From positions 6,226 to 70,225 of the forward strand of contig CADASI010000021.1 of assembly GCA_902790525.1 (NCBI GenBank): DNA of 64,000 nt, read 5' to 3'. This document shows, one piece after another, positions 26,985-35,810 of the stretch. The position numbers were made by a program, and so were the translations under genes. The notes beneath the pieces are model-generated. The model saw nothing but the letters and a program-made list of their open reading frames with translations, searched no databases and was not told where the DNA came from. The number at the start of each line of letters is the position of its first letter. The stretch's first letter is position 1. The stretch is from an uncultured Eubacteriales bacterium (GTDB lineage Bacteria > Bacillota > Clostridia > Christensenellales > Aristaeellaceae).

Positions 26985-28109
26985 ATGAACATATCCAAGC
27001 ACGACGCTCTTCAATGGTTTGAATTCTTTGCTGAACTGGACGAGGGGGAGGGGTTGCCGCCCCGTCAGCAGGAGCTGGCGCTGGCGACGCTTTACCAGAT
27101 CGAGGAGGCCGAGAACGCCCGCCTGGAGGCGCTGATGGCCGAGGTGCCGGGGCTTAAATCCCTCGAGGGGCGCACGTATTACGTGGGGCCCGACGACAAA
27201 TTCCCGAAGGGCTGCCGCTCCTGCCTGCTGGGCACGGGGCTGGGAGCCATCCGCAAGACCAACAAATGCAACCTGCAATGCCCCTTCTGCTACGACTTCG
27301 GCGAGATGGACGGGCAGCCGCCGGTGGGCGAGGGCATGTGGGAGATCGGGGGCACGAAGTTCTACGAGCGCGACCTGGACCTGCTGCTGTCCGTGGACAG
27401 GCATCCCACCGGCGTGGCCTACGTGTACCTGGAGCCCTTCATGGAGATCGAGAAGTACTACGGCATCATCCGCAGGTTCCACGAGGCGGGCATCTACCAG
27501 CACATGTACACCAACGGCACGCTGGCCACGGAGGAGAACCTGCGGGCGCTGGGCGAGGCGGGGCTTAATGAGCTGCGGTTCAACCTGGGCGCGGCGCGGG
27601 TGGCCGACCGGGTGATCGACATGATCGGCGTCGCCAAGCAATACATCCCCATGGCGGGCATCGAGACCCCCATGACCCCGGAGTTCTACGACCTGTTCCT
27701 GCAAAAGAAGGACCGCATACTCGCCACGGGGCTCGATTTCATGAACTGCGCGGAGCTTCACCTGAACCCCAACAACATCGAAAACTACTGGGGCGAGCCG
27801 CTGGTGATGTGCCGCCAGGGCTACCTGTCCCCGATATGGAGCCGGGAGCTGACGCTCAAAATGATGCGCCGGGCCTCGGAGGAGCGCTGGCCCATCGCGG
27901 TGCACGACTGCTCCAACCGCACCAAGTTCGCCCGGGACCTCAACCTGCGGGCCAAGGAGGGCGGCTGGTTCGGGGCCAGCAGCTATGGCAACGAGTTCGG
28001 CGGCATTCCCTACGCCGCGTTTTTGCCCATACTGCGCGACGACGGCTTCCGGTTTCTGAAGGAAGCGCCGCTGCCGGAGGGGTACAGGATCGGGGATGTC
28101 GTGCTGTGA
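26985..28109 (+). CDS. radical SAM protein (unassigned subfamily)
   Basis: CNLQCPFCYD CxxxCxxC motif, preceded by CRSC. An in-frame alternative start lies at 26937. Confidence 0.85.
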   Translation: MNISKHDALQWFEFFAELDEGEGLPPRQQELALATLYQIEEAENARLEALMAEVPGLKSLEGRTYYVGPDDKFPKGCRSCLLGTGLGAIRKTNKCNLQCPFCYDFGEMDGQPPVGEGMWEIGGTKFYERDLDLLLSVDRHPTGVAYVYLEPFMEIEKYYGIIRRFHEAGIYQHMYTNGTLATEENLRALGEAGLNELRFNLGAARVADRVIDMIGVAKQYIPMAGIETPMTPEFYDLFLQKKDRILATGLDFMNCAELHLNPNNIENYWGEPLVMCRQGYLSPIWSRELTLKMMRRASEERWPIAVHDCSNRTKFARDLNLRAKEGGWFGASSYGNEFGGIPYAAFLPILRDDGFRFLKEAPLPEGYRIGDVVL

Positions 28110-28132
28110 GGTCGTTATCCTCCCGGGACGTC

Positions 28133-28209
28133 GTAGGGGCGCCGATGCGGCGCCCGCCCGTTCAGAATCCATGGTTCCTTTCGGGCGGGCGGCGCATCGC
28201 CGCCCCTAC
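28133..28209. repeat. REPIN-like inverted pair of GTAG-headed hairpins (class 3)
   Basis: GTAGGGGCGCCGATGCGGCGCCCGCCCG ... CGGGCGGGCGGCGCATCGCCGCCCCTAC. Confidence 0.75.
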
Positions 28210-28227
28210 GGGGGTATTGTTCCATGC

Positions 28228-28251
28228 GGGCGATGAGGGCATCGCCCCTAC
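28228..28251 (-). repeat. GTAG-headed REP-like hairpin (class 1, solo)
   Basis: GGGCGATGAGGGCATCGCCCCTAC, identical to the hairpin at 13693-13716. Confidence 0.75.
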
Positions 28252-28268
28252 GGCGACCTGTCCCCTGC

Positions 28269-28292
28269 GGACGCCAAGTATGGCGTCCCTAC
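28269..28292 (-). repeat. GTAG-headed REP-like hairpin (class 2)
   Basis: GGACGCCAAGTATGGCGTCCCTAC, the reverse complement of 17281-17304. Confidence 0.75.
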
Positions 28293-28317
28293 GATCGGGT
28301 TTGTACTGACATAACCC

Positions 28318-30303
28318 CTACTCCCTCGCCGTCTTTTCCGGATGATACGTGACGACCATCCGGGCGACGCGGTCGGCGATGGCGTCGTCGTTGTCATAGG
28401 CGTCCAGCATCAGTTCATCGAGCTGTTGCAGGAACATATCCGTGTCGAAGTGAACGGGCTTTCCGATGTGGATGAGCTCGTTTTCCGTCTTTTGGAGCCC
28501 CTCCTCGGCCATGAGCTTTTCCTCGTAGAGCTTCTCGCCGGGTCGCAGGCCGGTGTACTCGATGCGGATGTCCACGTCGGGCTTGTAGCCGGAGAGGCGT
28601 ATCAGGTTGCGGGCCAGGTCGACGATCTTCACGGGGCTGCCCATGTCCAGCACGAAGATCTCCCCGCCGTGGGCGTAGGTCCCGGCCAGCATCACAAGGC
28701 TTACGGCCTCCGGGATGGTCATGAAGTAGCGTATGATCTCGGGGTGGGTCACGGTCACCGGCCCGCCCTGCTCGATCTGCTTTTTGAAGATCGGGATCAC
28801 GGAGCCGTTGGAGCCCAGAACGTTGCCGAAGCGCACGGCCACGAACTCCGTTTTGACGTTCTTCCACAGCGCCCCGGTGCCGTCCTTGTCGGCGTTTTCG
28901 ACGCCGGTGTGGGTGAAGAGCTGGGGAATTTCGCTGGCCTTGCCGGCCTTGATCTTCTCGTCGAAGCTCTGTATGATCATCTCGCACAGCCGCTTGGACG
29001 CGCCCATGATGTTGGTGGGGTTGACGGCCTTGTCCGTGGAGATCAGCACGAACCGCTCGCAGCCATGCACCATGGCGGCGTAGGCGGTCTTGTAGGTGCC
29101 GATGGCGTTGTTCTTGATGGCCTCGCAGGGGCTGTCCTCCATCAGCGGCACGTGCTTGTGGGCTGCGGCGTGGTAGACGATCTGCGGGCGGTATTTTTCA
29201 AACAGCTGGTACACCCGGCGGCTGTCGCGCACCGAGCCGATCAGCACCCGGAGGTCGAGGTCGGGGTACTTTTCCTTCAGCTCGAGCTGTATGCTGTACG
29301 TGCTGTTTTCGTAGACGTCGAATATGATCAGCTGCCGGGGATGGTGCGCGGCGATCTGCCGGCACAGCTCGGAACCGATGGACCCGCCGCCGCCGGTGAC
29401 CAGCACCACCTTGCCGTTGATAAAGGCGTACACCTCCCGCATGTCGGCCTTGATGGGCTCGCGGCCCAGCAGGTCCTCCACCGAGACGTGCTTCATGCGG
29501 CTGACGGTCACCTCGCCCATGGCGAGCTGGTACATGCCGGGGAGCTGCAACAGCTTGCAGTCGGTCTCCTTGCAGATGTTCAGTATGTCCCGCCGGGCCT
29601 CCGCGGTGGCCCCGGGCATGGCCAGGAAGATCTTGTCCACGCCGTAGGCCTTCACCGTCGGGAGGATCTCGTCCCGCCCGCCGACCACCGGCACGCCCTC
29701 GATGTAGCGGCCGCGCTTGTTGGGGTCGTCGTCGATGAAGCAGACCGCCCGGTCCGGGGAGCGCCGGTGCGCCCGCAGGTCCTTGAGCAGCATCTGGCCC
29801 GCCGCGCCCGCGCCGATGATCATCACCCGGTGGGTGCCGGCGTCCGGCCTGCGCAGGCGCACCAGTATCTCCAGCGAGAAGCGGTAGGCGTAGCGCACCG
29901 CCGTGACGGTGATGATCTGGAACAGCGCGCCCCAGACGTGGTAGGACAGTGGCATGCTGCGCCCGTGCAGCAGCGCGGTGATGGCCACGATGTGCGCCAG
30001 GCACGTGATGAGGTTGGCGATGACGATGCGGTGCAATTCCCCGATGCCGATGTAGCGCCACACGATGCGGTAGAGCCGCATGGCCCAGAACACCGCGATG
30101 CAGAACAGCGCGTAGTACGGTATGAAGCGGCGGTAGGCCATCAGGTACTTCGGGGTGATCGCGCGGTAGCGGCAGTCGAAGCGCAGCCACAGCGCCAGGA
30201 AGTACGAGGCGTAGATCATGACGAAATCCCACGCCATGAGCAGCGCCACGCTGCCGATCCATCTTTCCTTCTTCAGCTTTTTGAGCGTTTCTTTGGCGTT
30301 CAA
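28318..30303 (-). CDS. polysaccharide biosynthesis protein CapD/PglF-like (membrane-anchored NDP-sugar 4,6-dehydratase)
   Basis: 4-TM N-terminus and Rossmann motif VLVTGGGGSIGSEL. TTG start with a GGGAGGT RBS. Confidence 0.9.
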   Translation of the reverse strand: MNAKETLKKLKKERWIGSVALLMAWDFVMIYASYFLALWLRFDCRYRAITPKYLMAYRRFIPYYALFCIAVFWAMRLYRIVWRYIGIGELHRIVIANLITCLAHIVAITALLHGRSMPLSYHVWGALFQIITVTAVRYAYRFSLEILVRLRRPDAGTHRVMIIGAGAAGQMLLKDLRAHRRSPDRAVCFIDDDPNKRGRYIEGVPVVGGRDEILPTVKAYGVDKIFLAMPGATAEARRDILNICKETDCKLLQLPGMYQLAMGEVTVSRMKHVSVEDLLGREPIKADMREVYAFINGKVVLVTGGGGSIGSELCRQIAAHHPRQLIIFDVYENSTYSIQLELKEKYPDLDLRVLIGSVRDSRRVYQLFEKYRPQIVYHAAAHKHVPLMEDSPCEAIKNNAIGTYKTAYAAMVHGCERFVLISTDKAVNPTNIMGASKRLCEMIIQSFDEKIKAGKASEIPQLFTHTGVENADKDGTGALWKNVKTEFVAVRFGNVLGSNGSVIPIFKKQIEQGGPVTVTHPEIIRYFMTIPEAVSLVMLAGTYAHGGEIFVLDMGSPVKIVDLARNLIRLSGYKPDVDIRIEYTGLRPGEKLYEEKLMAEEGLQKTENELIHIGKPVHFDTDMFLQQLDELMLDAYDNDDAIADRVARMVVTYHPEKTARE

Positions 30304-30448
30304 GGGGTGACCTCCCGGTGATGTGTCTTCAGGCGGAGCCGGGCGCGCTCACGCGGCCCGGCTCCGCCGATACTCTGTGTGAGGGATATACACACCTATT
30401 CTACCATGGCTGTCAAGCGGCCCGCCGCCCGGGCGTTCGCCCCGGGGG

Positions 30449-30982
30449 TCAGGACTTTCCCATGTCCGTGGATTCCACGCCCTCCGTGTAGTAGTCCATG
30501 TTCCTGCTGATCCTGGCCATCTCCACCACGACCGGCTGGATCTCCTCCGCCATGTGGTTGTACTCGGCCATGATGTCCTCCTCGGGGTAGGCGGGATAGT
30601 CCGTCGGCAGCACCAGGTAGAAGTGCAGCTTGGCGTTGTCGCTGTATCCGAGGTATTCAAATCGCGGCAGGTCCTTGAACTCCAGGCCCTCGCTGGCGCA
30701 CAGCTCGAACAGGAAGCCGCCGCCGGGGAGGTCCTTCTCCGCAAACTTCTCATAGCTCGCGGTCTGGTAGAACGATATGCCCTTGTCGGTCTGCACGTCG
30801 GTGAACAGGCCGTCCCAATCCGCGGGCAGGTAGAGGCAGATGTCCGGGAAATCGTAGACCATGTACCGGCTGCCGCCCGCCCAGCCGACGGAGTGGTCGT
30901 AGGGGGAGAAATCGTGGGTCTCCGCCAGGGCGGGCAGGACGAGCAGCACAACGGCGAGCAGTATCGCAAAGGTCTTCTTCAT
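30449..30982 (-). CDS. secreted hypothetical protein
   Basis: Signal peptide MKKTFAILLAVVLLVLPALA and an AAGGAGG RBS. Its start lies 4 nt downstream of the S10 peptidase stop, consistent with co-transcription. Confidence 0.8.
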   Translation of the reverse strand: MKKTFAILLAVVLLVLPALAETHDFSPYDHSVGWAGGSRYMVYDFPDICLYLPADWDGLFTDVQTDKGISFYQTASYEKFAEKDLPGGGFLFELCASEGLEFKDLPRFEYLGYSDNAKLHFYLVLPTDYPAYPEEDIMAEYNHMAEEIQPVVVEMARISRNMDYYTEGVESTDMGKS

Positions 30983-31020
30983 GGCGTTGATACCTCCTTG
31001 CTGTGGACGGTTGCCCGGGA

Positions 31021-32541
31021 TCACTTGAACCAGGCCTCGGCATCCCGGCGGAACTTGTCGAAGGACGCCTTCTCCATGTAGATCATGTGGCCGCAGGGGT
31101 AGTAGGTAAACGAAAGGTTGTCCTTATGGGCGTCGTCCAGGAACACGTGGCGGTAGACCCACTCCGCGGAGTAGAAGGGCGTCGCCGCGTCGTAGTACCC
31201 GCACAGCACCCAGACCTTCAGGAAGGCGTTCTTCGAGATGCACTCGTAGACGGTCTGCTCCTGGCTCAGGTAGCCGCCCCAGCCGCCGATCGGGAAGGTC
31301 CAGGCGTTGTTGATCCCGTTGTCGGAGGGAACGTAGGGCCGGTCCGTCCGGTAGCCCAGCTCGTTGGCCAGGTAGTCGTTGAAGGTGTTCCCGTAGCCGA
31401 GCTGGAAGGCGGCGTTGGAGGGGTCGCTGGTGCCGTTGTCCAGAGAGCCGCTGGTCTTCGGGCCGGTGATCCTGCCGTCGTAGCGGCCCACCGTCAGGCC
31501 CTGGTCGTTGAGCAGCTCGGTGCAGAAGTCGTCCAGCGCGACGCGCAGGTTCCGGCCCAGCACGTAGTCCTTTTTAAGCCCGGTGTAGTCGGCCAGCTTG
31601 CCGGCGACGGCGTCCCTCTCCGCGTCCGTCAGGGCGTTGCCCATGAACAGCGCGGGGACGTATTCCTTTTCGACGAAGGACCGCACCTCGGCAAGATAGT
31701 CCTCCAGCGCCATGTCGCGGTACGCCTCGGCGACGAGGCCGTGATACCAGGCGTCGGCGGCGAAGGTGGGGATGAACAGCGCGTAGGGGATCTCGTTGCT
31801 GTCGGCGAACAGCAGCGCCGAGAAGTCGTTGACGGAGGAGATCAGCATCAGCCCGTTCAGGTTCATGGCGTAGGCGTCCGCCAGGTATTGGCAGAGGCCC
31901 ACGGCGCGGGTGGTGCCGTAGGACTCCCCGGCCACGTACTTCTTCGAGCGCCAGCGGCCGTTGCGGTTGACGTACTGGTAGATGAAGTCCCCGATGGTGC
32001 GGATGTCGTTTTCGTAGCCGATGAACGCCGACAGATCGGAGCCGCCCGCGGGGCGGGAGTAGCCGGTGCCCATGGCGTCGATGATCACGATGTCCGTCAG
32101 GTCGAGCAGGGAGTTCTCGTTGTCCGACATGCCGGTCGGCAGGCCGACGGTGTAGCCGTACTCGTCCACGTCGATGCGCCGCGGCCCCAGGCAGCCCACA
32201 TGCAAAAACATGCTGCACGAGCCCGGCCCACCGTTGAAGGCGAAGGTGACCGGCCGGTCGGCGGGGTCCTCCGCGCCGTCGAGGGTGTAGGCCGTGAAGA
32301 AGACCTCGCAGGTCTCCCCGCCGGTCTCGAGTACCATCGTGCCGGTGTCGGCGGTGTAGGAAAGCGCCTGCCCCTGTATGTTCGCGGTGTGCTTCGTGGT
32401 GACGATGTCGTCCTCGGGCGCCTCGGCGGCCTGGGGGACGTCGTTTGGTTCCGGCGCCGCCGAGGCTTCCTCGGCAAGGCCGGTCAGCGACGCCGCCAGC
32501 AGCGCGCAGACCAGTGCAAGCAAGAATATGCGCTTCTTCAT
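31021..32541 (-). CDS. S10 family serine carboxypeptidase-like secreted peptidase
   Basis: Signal peptide MKKRIFLLALVCALLAASLTGLA, GESYGT serine motif, AGGAGG RBS. Confidence 0.8.
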   Translation of the reverse strand: MKKRIFLLALVCALLAASLTGLAEEASAAPEPNDVPQAAEAPEDDIVTTKHTANIQGQALSYTADTGTMVLETGGETCEVFFTAYTLDGAEDPADRPVTFAFNGGPGSCSMFLHVGCLGPRRIDVDEYGYTVGLPTGMSDNENSLLDLTDIVIIDAMGTGYSRPAGGSDLSAFIGYENDIRTIGDFIYQYVNRNGRWRSKKYVAGESYGTTRAVGLCQYLADAYAMNLNGLMLISSVNDFSALLFADSNEIPYALFIPTFAADAWYHGLVAEAYRDMALEDYLAEVRSFVEKEYVPALFMGNALTDAERDAVAGKLADYTGLKKDYVLGRNLRVALDDFCTELLNDQGLTVGRYDGRITGPKTSGSLDNGTSDPSNAAFQLGYGNTFNDYLANELGYRTDRPYVPSDNGINNAWTFPIGGWGGYLSQEQTVYECISKNAFLKVWVLCGYYDAATPFYSAEWVYRHVFLDDAHKDNLSFTYYPCGHMIYMEKASFDKFRRDAEAWFK

Positions 32542-32660
32542 ACCATGACCTCCTGTCGTTTGTATGACTGGATTATAGCATATTATTCCACTTCCCGCAA
32601 GGTGTGCGCGGCGGGAAAAAGGGCGCGTGCCGATCTGTCCGTAAATAGTTGCATATAATG

Positions 32661-32689
32661 TAGACATTTTGTTCCGCGCATGGTATAAT
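32661..32689 (+). promoter_or_regulatory. candidate sigma-A promoter TAGACA-17-TATAAT with extended -10 TG
   Basis: Hexamers and the 17-nt spacer counted directly; ~150-nt leader to the GTG start at 32842. Confidence 0.5.
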
Positions 32690-32841
32690 GATCAGGCAAC
32701 CGGCGCGATGCGCGTTCGGTTGCAGCAGTTTTGCTTCGGCGGTGCGGCGCCCCCCCGGGCGGGGGATGCGTCCCGGCCGTTTACGGATGATTACTTGCAC
32801 TCCACCAGGACAGAAGACCGTGTGGGGAAGGATGAAATACA

Positions 32842-34386
32842 GTGTACAAGCGCAGCATTCAGGGATGGTTAAAGCACATCGACTTCATACTTTTGGACGT
32901 GCTGGCGTTGCAGCTCGCCTTCATACTCGCCTATGCGTACAGGCATGGCGGCATGCCCTATGCGTCCGACCGGTATAAGTCCCTCGCCATCATGCTGGTC
33001 GTGGTGGATATCCTCATCGCGGCCGTGTTCAACACGATGCACAACGTGATGCGACGCGGCTATTTCGTGGAATTTATGCAGACGCTCAAGCAGGTGCTGG
33101 TGGTGCTGGGCGTGATCACGCTTTATCTGTTCGCAATGCGGAGCGGCGACGTCTACAGTCGAATCACGGTGTTCCTCACGGCGTGCTTGCACCTGGTGCT
33201 CGGGTACGCCACGCGCTTGGCGTGGAAGCCGATCGTGCGCAGGATCGGACAGAAGAACATCAAAAAGGCGTCGATGATTCTCGTGGCCGACGAGCGGCAG
33301 GTCCCGGAGATACTGGGCCAGGTCAGCGCCACGGACAATGTGGAATACGTCGGCATCGTGCTAAGCAACCGGGACGGCACGGGCGAGGAGATCAGCGGCG
33401 TCCCGGTCGTCGCCAGCCTGGGCACCGCGGCGGACTATATCTGCCGCGAGTGGGTGGACGAGGTGTTCGTCTACCCCGCGCAGCTGACGGACATCGAGGT
33501 CCACCGCGACGCCTTTTACAAGAGCATCGAGGAAATCATCAACGACGCCGGCGAAGAGACGGCGGACCGGGACCTCGAGGCGGAGGCCGGGGAGCCGGCC
33601 ACGGTGTCGGCGCTGATCGAAGCCTGTCGCCAGATGGCGATCCCGGTACACATCCGGCTGCCGATCTCCGCGACGGGCGAGCGGAACTTCATCGAGAAGG
33701 TCGGCGGCTACACCGTGCTCACCACCGCCGCCAATTTCGCAAGCCCCGTGCAGCTCGCGCTGAAGCGGCTGATGGACATCGCGGGCGGCCTGGTGGGCAG
33801 CCTCGTGGCGCTGGTGGTCATCGCGGTGGTCGGGCCGAAGATCAAGAGGGAGAGCCCGGGGCCGATACTCTTCAAGCAGACCCGCATCGGCTTGAACGGC
33901 AAGAAGTTCCAGGTCTACAAGATACGCTCCATGTACATGGACGCCGAGGCGCGCAAGGCGGAGCTGATGGAGAACAACCGGGTGTCCGACGGCATGATGT
34001 TCAAGCTCGACTGGGACCCGCGCATCATCGGCAACAAGATCGTCGACGGAAAGCAGGTCACGGGCATCGGCGAGAAGCTCCGCTCCGGGAGCTGGGACGA
34101 GTGGCCCCAGTGCTTCAACGTGCTGATGTCCCAGATGAGCCTCGTGGGTACGAGGCCGCCCACGGTGGACGAGTGGGAGAAGTACAAGTACCACCACAGG
34201 GCGCGCCTATCGACCAAGCCCGGCCTGACCGGCATGTGGCAGGTGAGCGGCCGAAGCAGGATCACCGACTTCGAGGAGGTCGTCCGGCTGGACACCGAGT
34301 ACATCAACCACTGGAGCCTCGGCCTGGATATCCGCATCATACTGAAGACCGTGAAGGCCGTCTTTATGAAGGACGGGGCGATGTGA
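32842..34386 (+). CDS. polyprenyl-phosphate glycosyl-1-phosphate transferase (WbaP/EpsL-type priming sugar transferase)
   Basis: N-terminal TM bundle. C-terminal bacterial sugar-transferase domain ..FKQTRIGLNGKKFQVYKIRSM..PGLTGMWQVSGRS. GTG start. Confidence 0.9.
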   Translation: MYKRSIQGWLKHIDFILLDVLALQLAFILAYAYRHGGMPYASDRYKSLAIMLVVVDILIAAVFNTMHNVMRRGYFVEFMQTLKQVLVVLGVITLYLFAMRSGDVYSRITVFLTACLHLVLGYATRLAWKPIVRRIGQKNIKKASMILVADERQVPEILGQVSATDNVEYVGIVLSNRDGTGEEISGVPVVASLGTAADYICREWVDEVFVYPAQLTDIEVHRDAFYKSIEEIINDAGEETADRDLEAEAGEPATVSALIEACRQMAIPVHIRLPISATGERNFIEKVGGYTVLTTAANFASPVQLALKRLMDIAGGLVGSLVALVVIAVVGPKIKRESPGPILFKQTRIGLNGKKFQVYKIRSMYMDAEARKAELMENNRVSDGMMFKLDWDPRIIGNKIVDGKQVTGIGEKLRSGSWDEWPQCFNVLMSQMSLVGTRPPTVDEWEKYKYHHRARLSTKPGLTGMWQVSGRSRITDFEEVVRLDTEYINHWSLGLDIRIILKTVKAVFMKDGAM

Positions 34387-34640
34387 CCGCTGTGATCCGC
34401 ATTTGGCAGCGCCGACTGTATACGCACCGGCGCAACTGCCCGAAGGGCAAGCGCCGGCAGCGCCGGGCAGGAATCCGGAGGATTCGCCCGGGCTGGTCGC
34501 GCCTGCGCGTAGCGTCCGGCAAAGCCGGACTGAGCCCGAGCGATTCTATGAATCGCCGGGTGAAACCCGCGCCTGCGCTTGCGCATTGGCGCGGGGCGTA
34601 AAGCGCAGTGGCGCGACTGCTATTTCGGGGAGGAAGCATC

Positions 34641-35810
34641 ATGAAACGCATCATCAGGAGAACCCTGGCACTGGCGATCGCACTCATGCTGGCGATGCCC
34701 TTCACCGTCGGCCTTGCCGACGAGCGCCTGCCCTGCGTCGATGCCGAGGCGGACGTAAGAACCGTCGAAGCGGCGGGCGCGGACCTTGACGGCGTCGATG
34801 CGGACATCAGCGTTGTCGACGCGGCGGACGCGGGGGACGATCCGGACGCGGGAGAGATCGCGGCGGACGCGGTCGACCCGGAGCCCGGGGAAGCGGAATA
34901 TGCGCTTGGCGATGATACGGACGCGGACGCCCCGGCGCCTGGCGATGATCCGGATGCGGACGCCCCGGCGCAGGGGGAGGATGCGAACGTGGCGCAGGGC
35001 CTGACGGACGGCGCGGACGCCCCGGCGGAGGATGCGGCCATCCCCGGCGCGGCGGACGCGGACGCCGGTGAATCGCCCGCCGCGGAGCCTTCCGCGGGCG
35101 ATGCGGACGGGCTGTCGGCGGAGACGCCGCCCGAGCCGTCCGATCTGTCCGAAGCGACGCCCGACGCCACCGGCGACGCGCAGCCCGACGGGGAAGCGCC
35201 CGAGGGCGCGGACGCCGGGGAGGAGTGCCCCGACGCGGACACTCCCGACGCGGAGCCGTCCGACGCGGAGGAGCCCGGGGAGGAGGAGCCCGGGGAGGAG
35301 AAATCCGGCGCGGAGAAGTCCGAGGTGGAGGAATCCGACGCGGAGAAGTCCGGGGAGGAATCCGACGGGGAGAAGTCCGACGAAGAGGAGTCCGACGAAG
35401 AGAAGTCCGACGCGGCGGGGAAACCGTCCGGCGACGCGGCGGAGGACGCTCCCGCCGACATCGACGCGGCGGAGGACGGCCTGTCCCTCGAGGACGCGAT
35501 CACGATCGAGGCGGAAATGCCGGACGCCTCCGAGGAATCGGCGGCGGAGGAAGCGGCCAACGCACTGTTTGAAGGCCAAGAGTCCATTATATATCTGGAC
35601 GCGGCGGGCGAAATGAAGAGCGCGACGTGTACGGACATCAGGAGTCTGACTGAAACGGACAATCTCACGGGCTGGTATTATATCCCGGACGGTCGCGTTG
35701 TTACTATCGAGCGCCGCATCGCGGTCAGCGGCGACGCGCACCTGATCCTCTGCGACGGCGCGTGGCTCACCATACAGGGCGGCATCAACGTCAGTGGAAC
35801 AATAGTTTGA
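34641..35810 (+). CDS. surface protein, N-terminal fragment (signal peptide plus acidic D/A/E/P-rich region plus start of beta-helix)
   Basis: MKRIIRRTLALAIALMLAMPFTVGLA signal peptide and GGGGAGGAAG RBS. The frame ends at 35810, but the sequence continues in the +2-frame ORF. Confidence 0.8.
   Translation: MKRIIRRTLALAIALMLAMPFTVGLADERLPCVDAEADVRTVEAAGADLDGVDADISVVDAADAGDDPDAGEIAADAVDPEPGEAEYALGDDTDADAPAPGDDPDADAPAQGEDANVAQGLTDGADAPAEDAAIPGAADADAGESPAAEPSAGDADGLSAETPPEPSDLSEATPDATGDAQPDGEAPEGADAGEECPDADTPDAEPSDAEEPGEEEPGEEKSGAEKSEVEESDAEKSGEESDGEKSDEEESDEEKSDAAGKPSGDAAEDAPADIDAAEDGLSLEDAITIEAEMPDASEESAAEEAANALFEGQESIIYLDAAGEMKSATCTDIRSLTETDNLTGWYYIPDGRVVTIERRIAVSGDAHLILCDGAWLTIQGGINVSGTIV

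Noticed and set aside
28318-34386. CapD-like and WbaP-like genes as a capsule/EPS locus.
   Set aside because: Only the dehydratase and the priming transferase are present, divergently placed around a peptidase pair. No flippase, polymerase, chain-length regulator or further glycosyltransferases occur in the window, so this is not a complete locus here.
34387-34640. The GC-rich, hairpin-rich 250-nt leader upstream of the surface protein contains ACGCAC.. and GCAAAGCC strings reminiscent of a c-di-GMP-I (GEMM) riboswitch.
   Set aside because: GCAAAGCC is simply the AAA-loop region of the hairpin UCCGGC AAA GCCGGA. The conserved GGCAAACC / GGGACGCAAAGCC context and the tetraloop-receptor layout are absent. 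It may still be structured, but I cannot assign a class. An Rfam cmscan would settle it.
34364-35741. 434-aa Ser/Ala-rich and 373-aa Arg-rich minus-strand ORFs, and several Arg/Pro-rich plus-strand ORFs, over 34.4-35.7 kb.
   Set aside because: They are alternative-frame readings of the GAC/GCG/GAG/CCG-rich region that encodes the acidic spacer of the surface protein. Only the frame with the signal peptide and RBS is credible.
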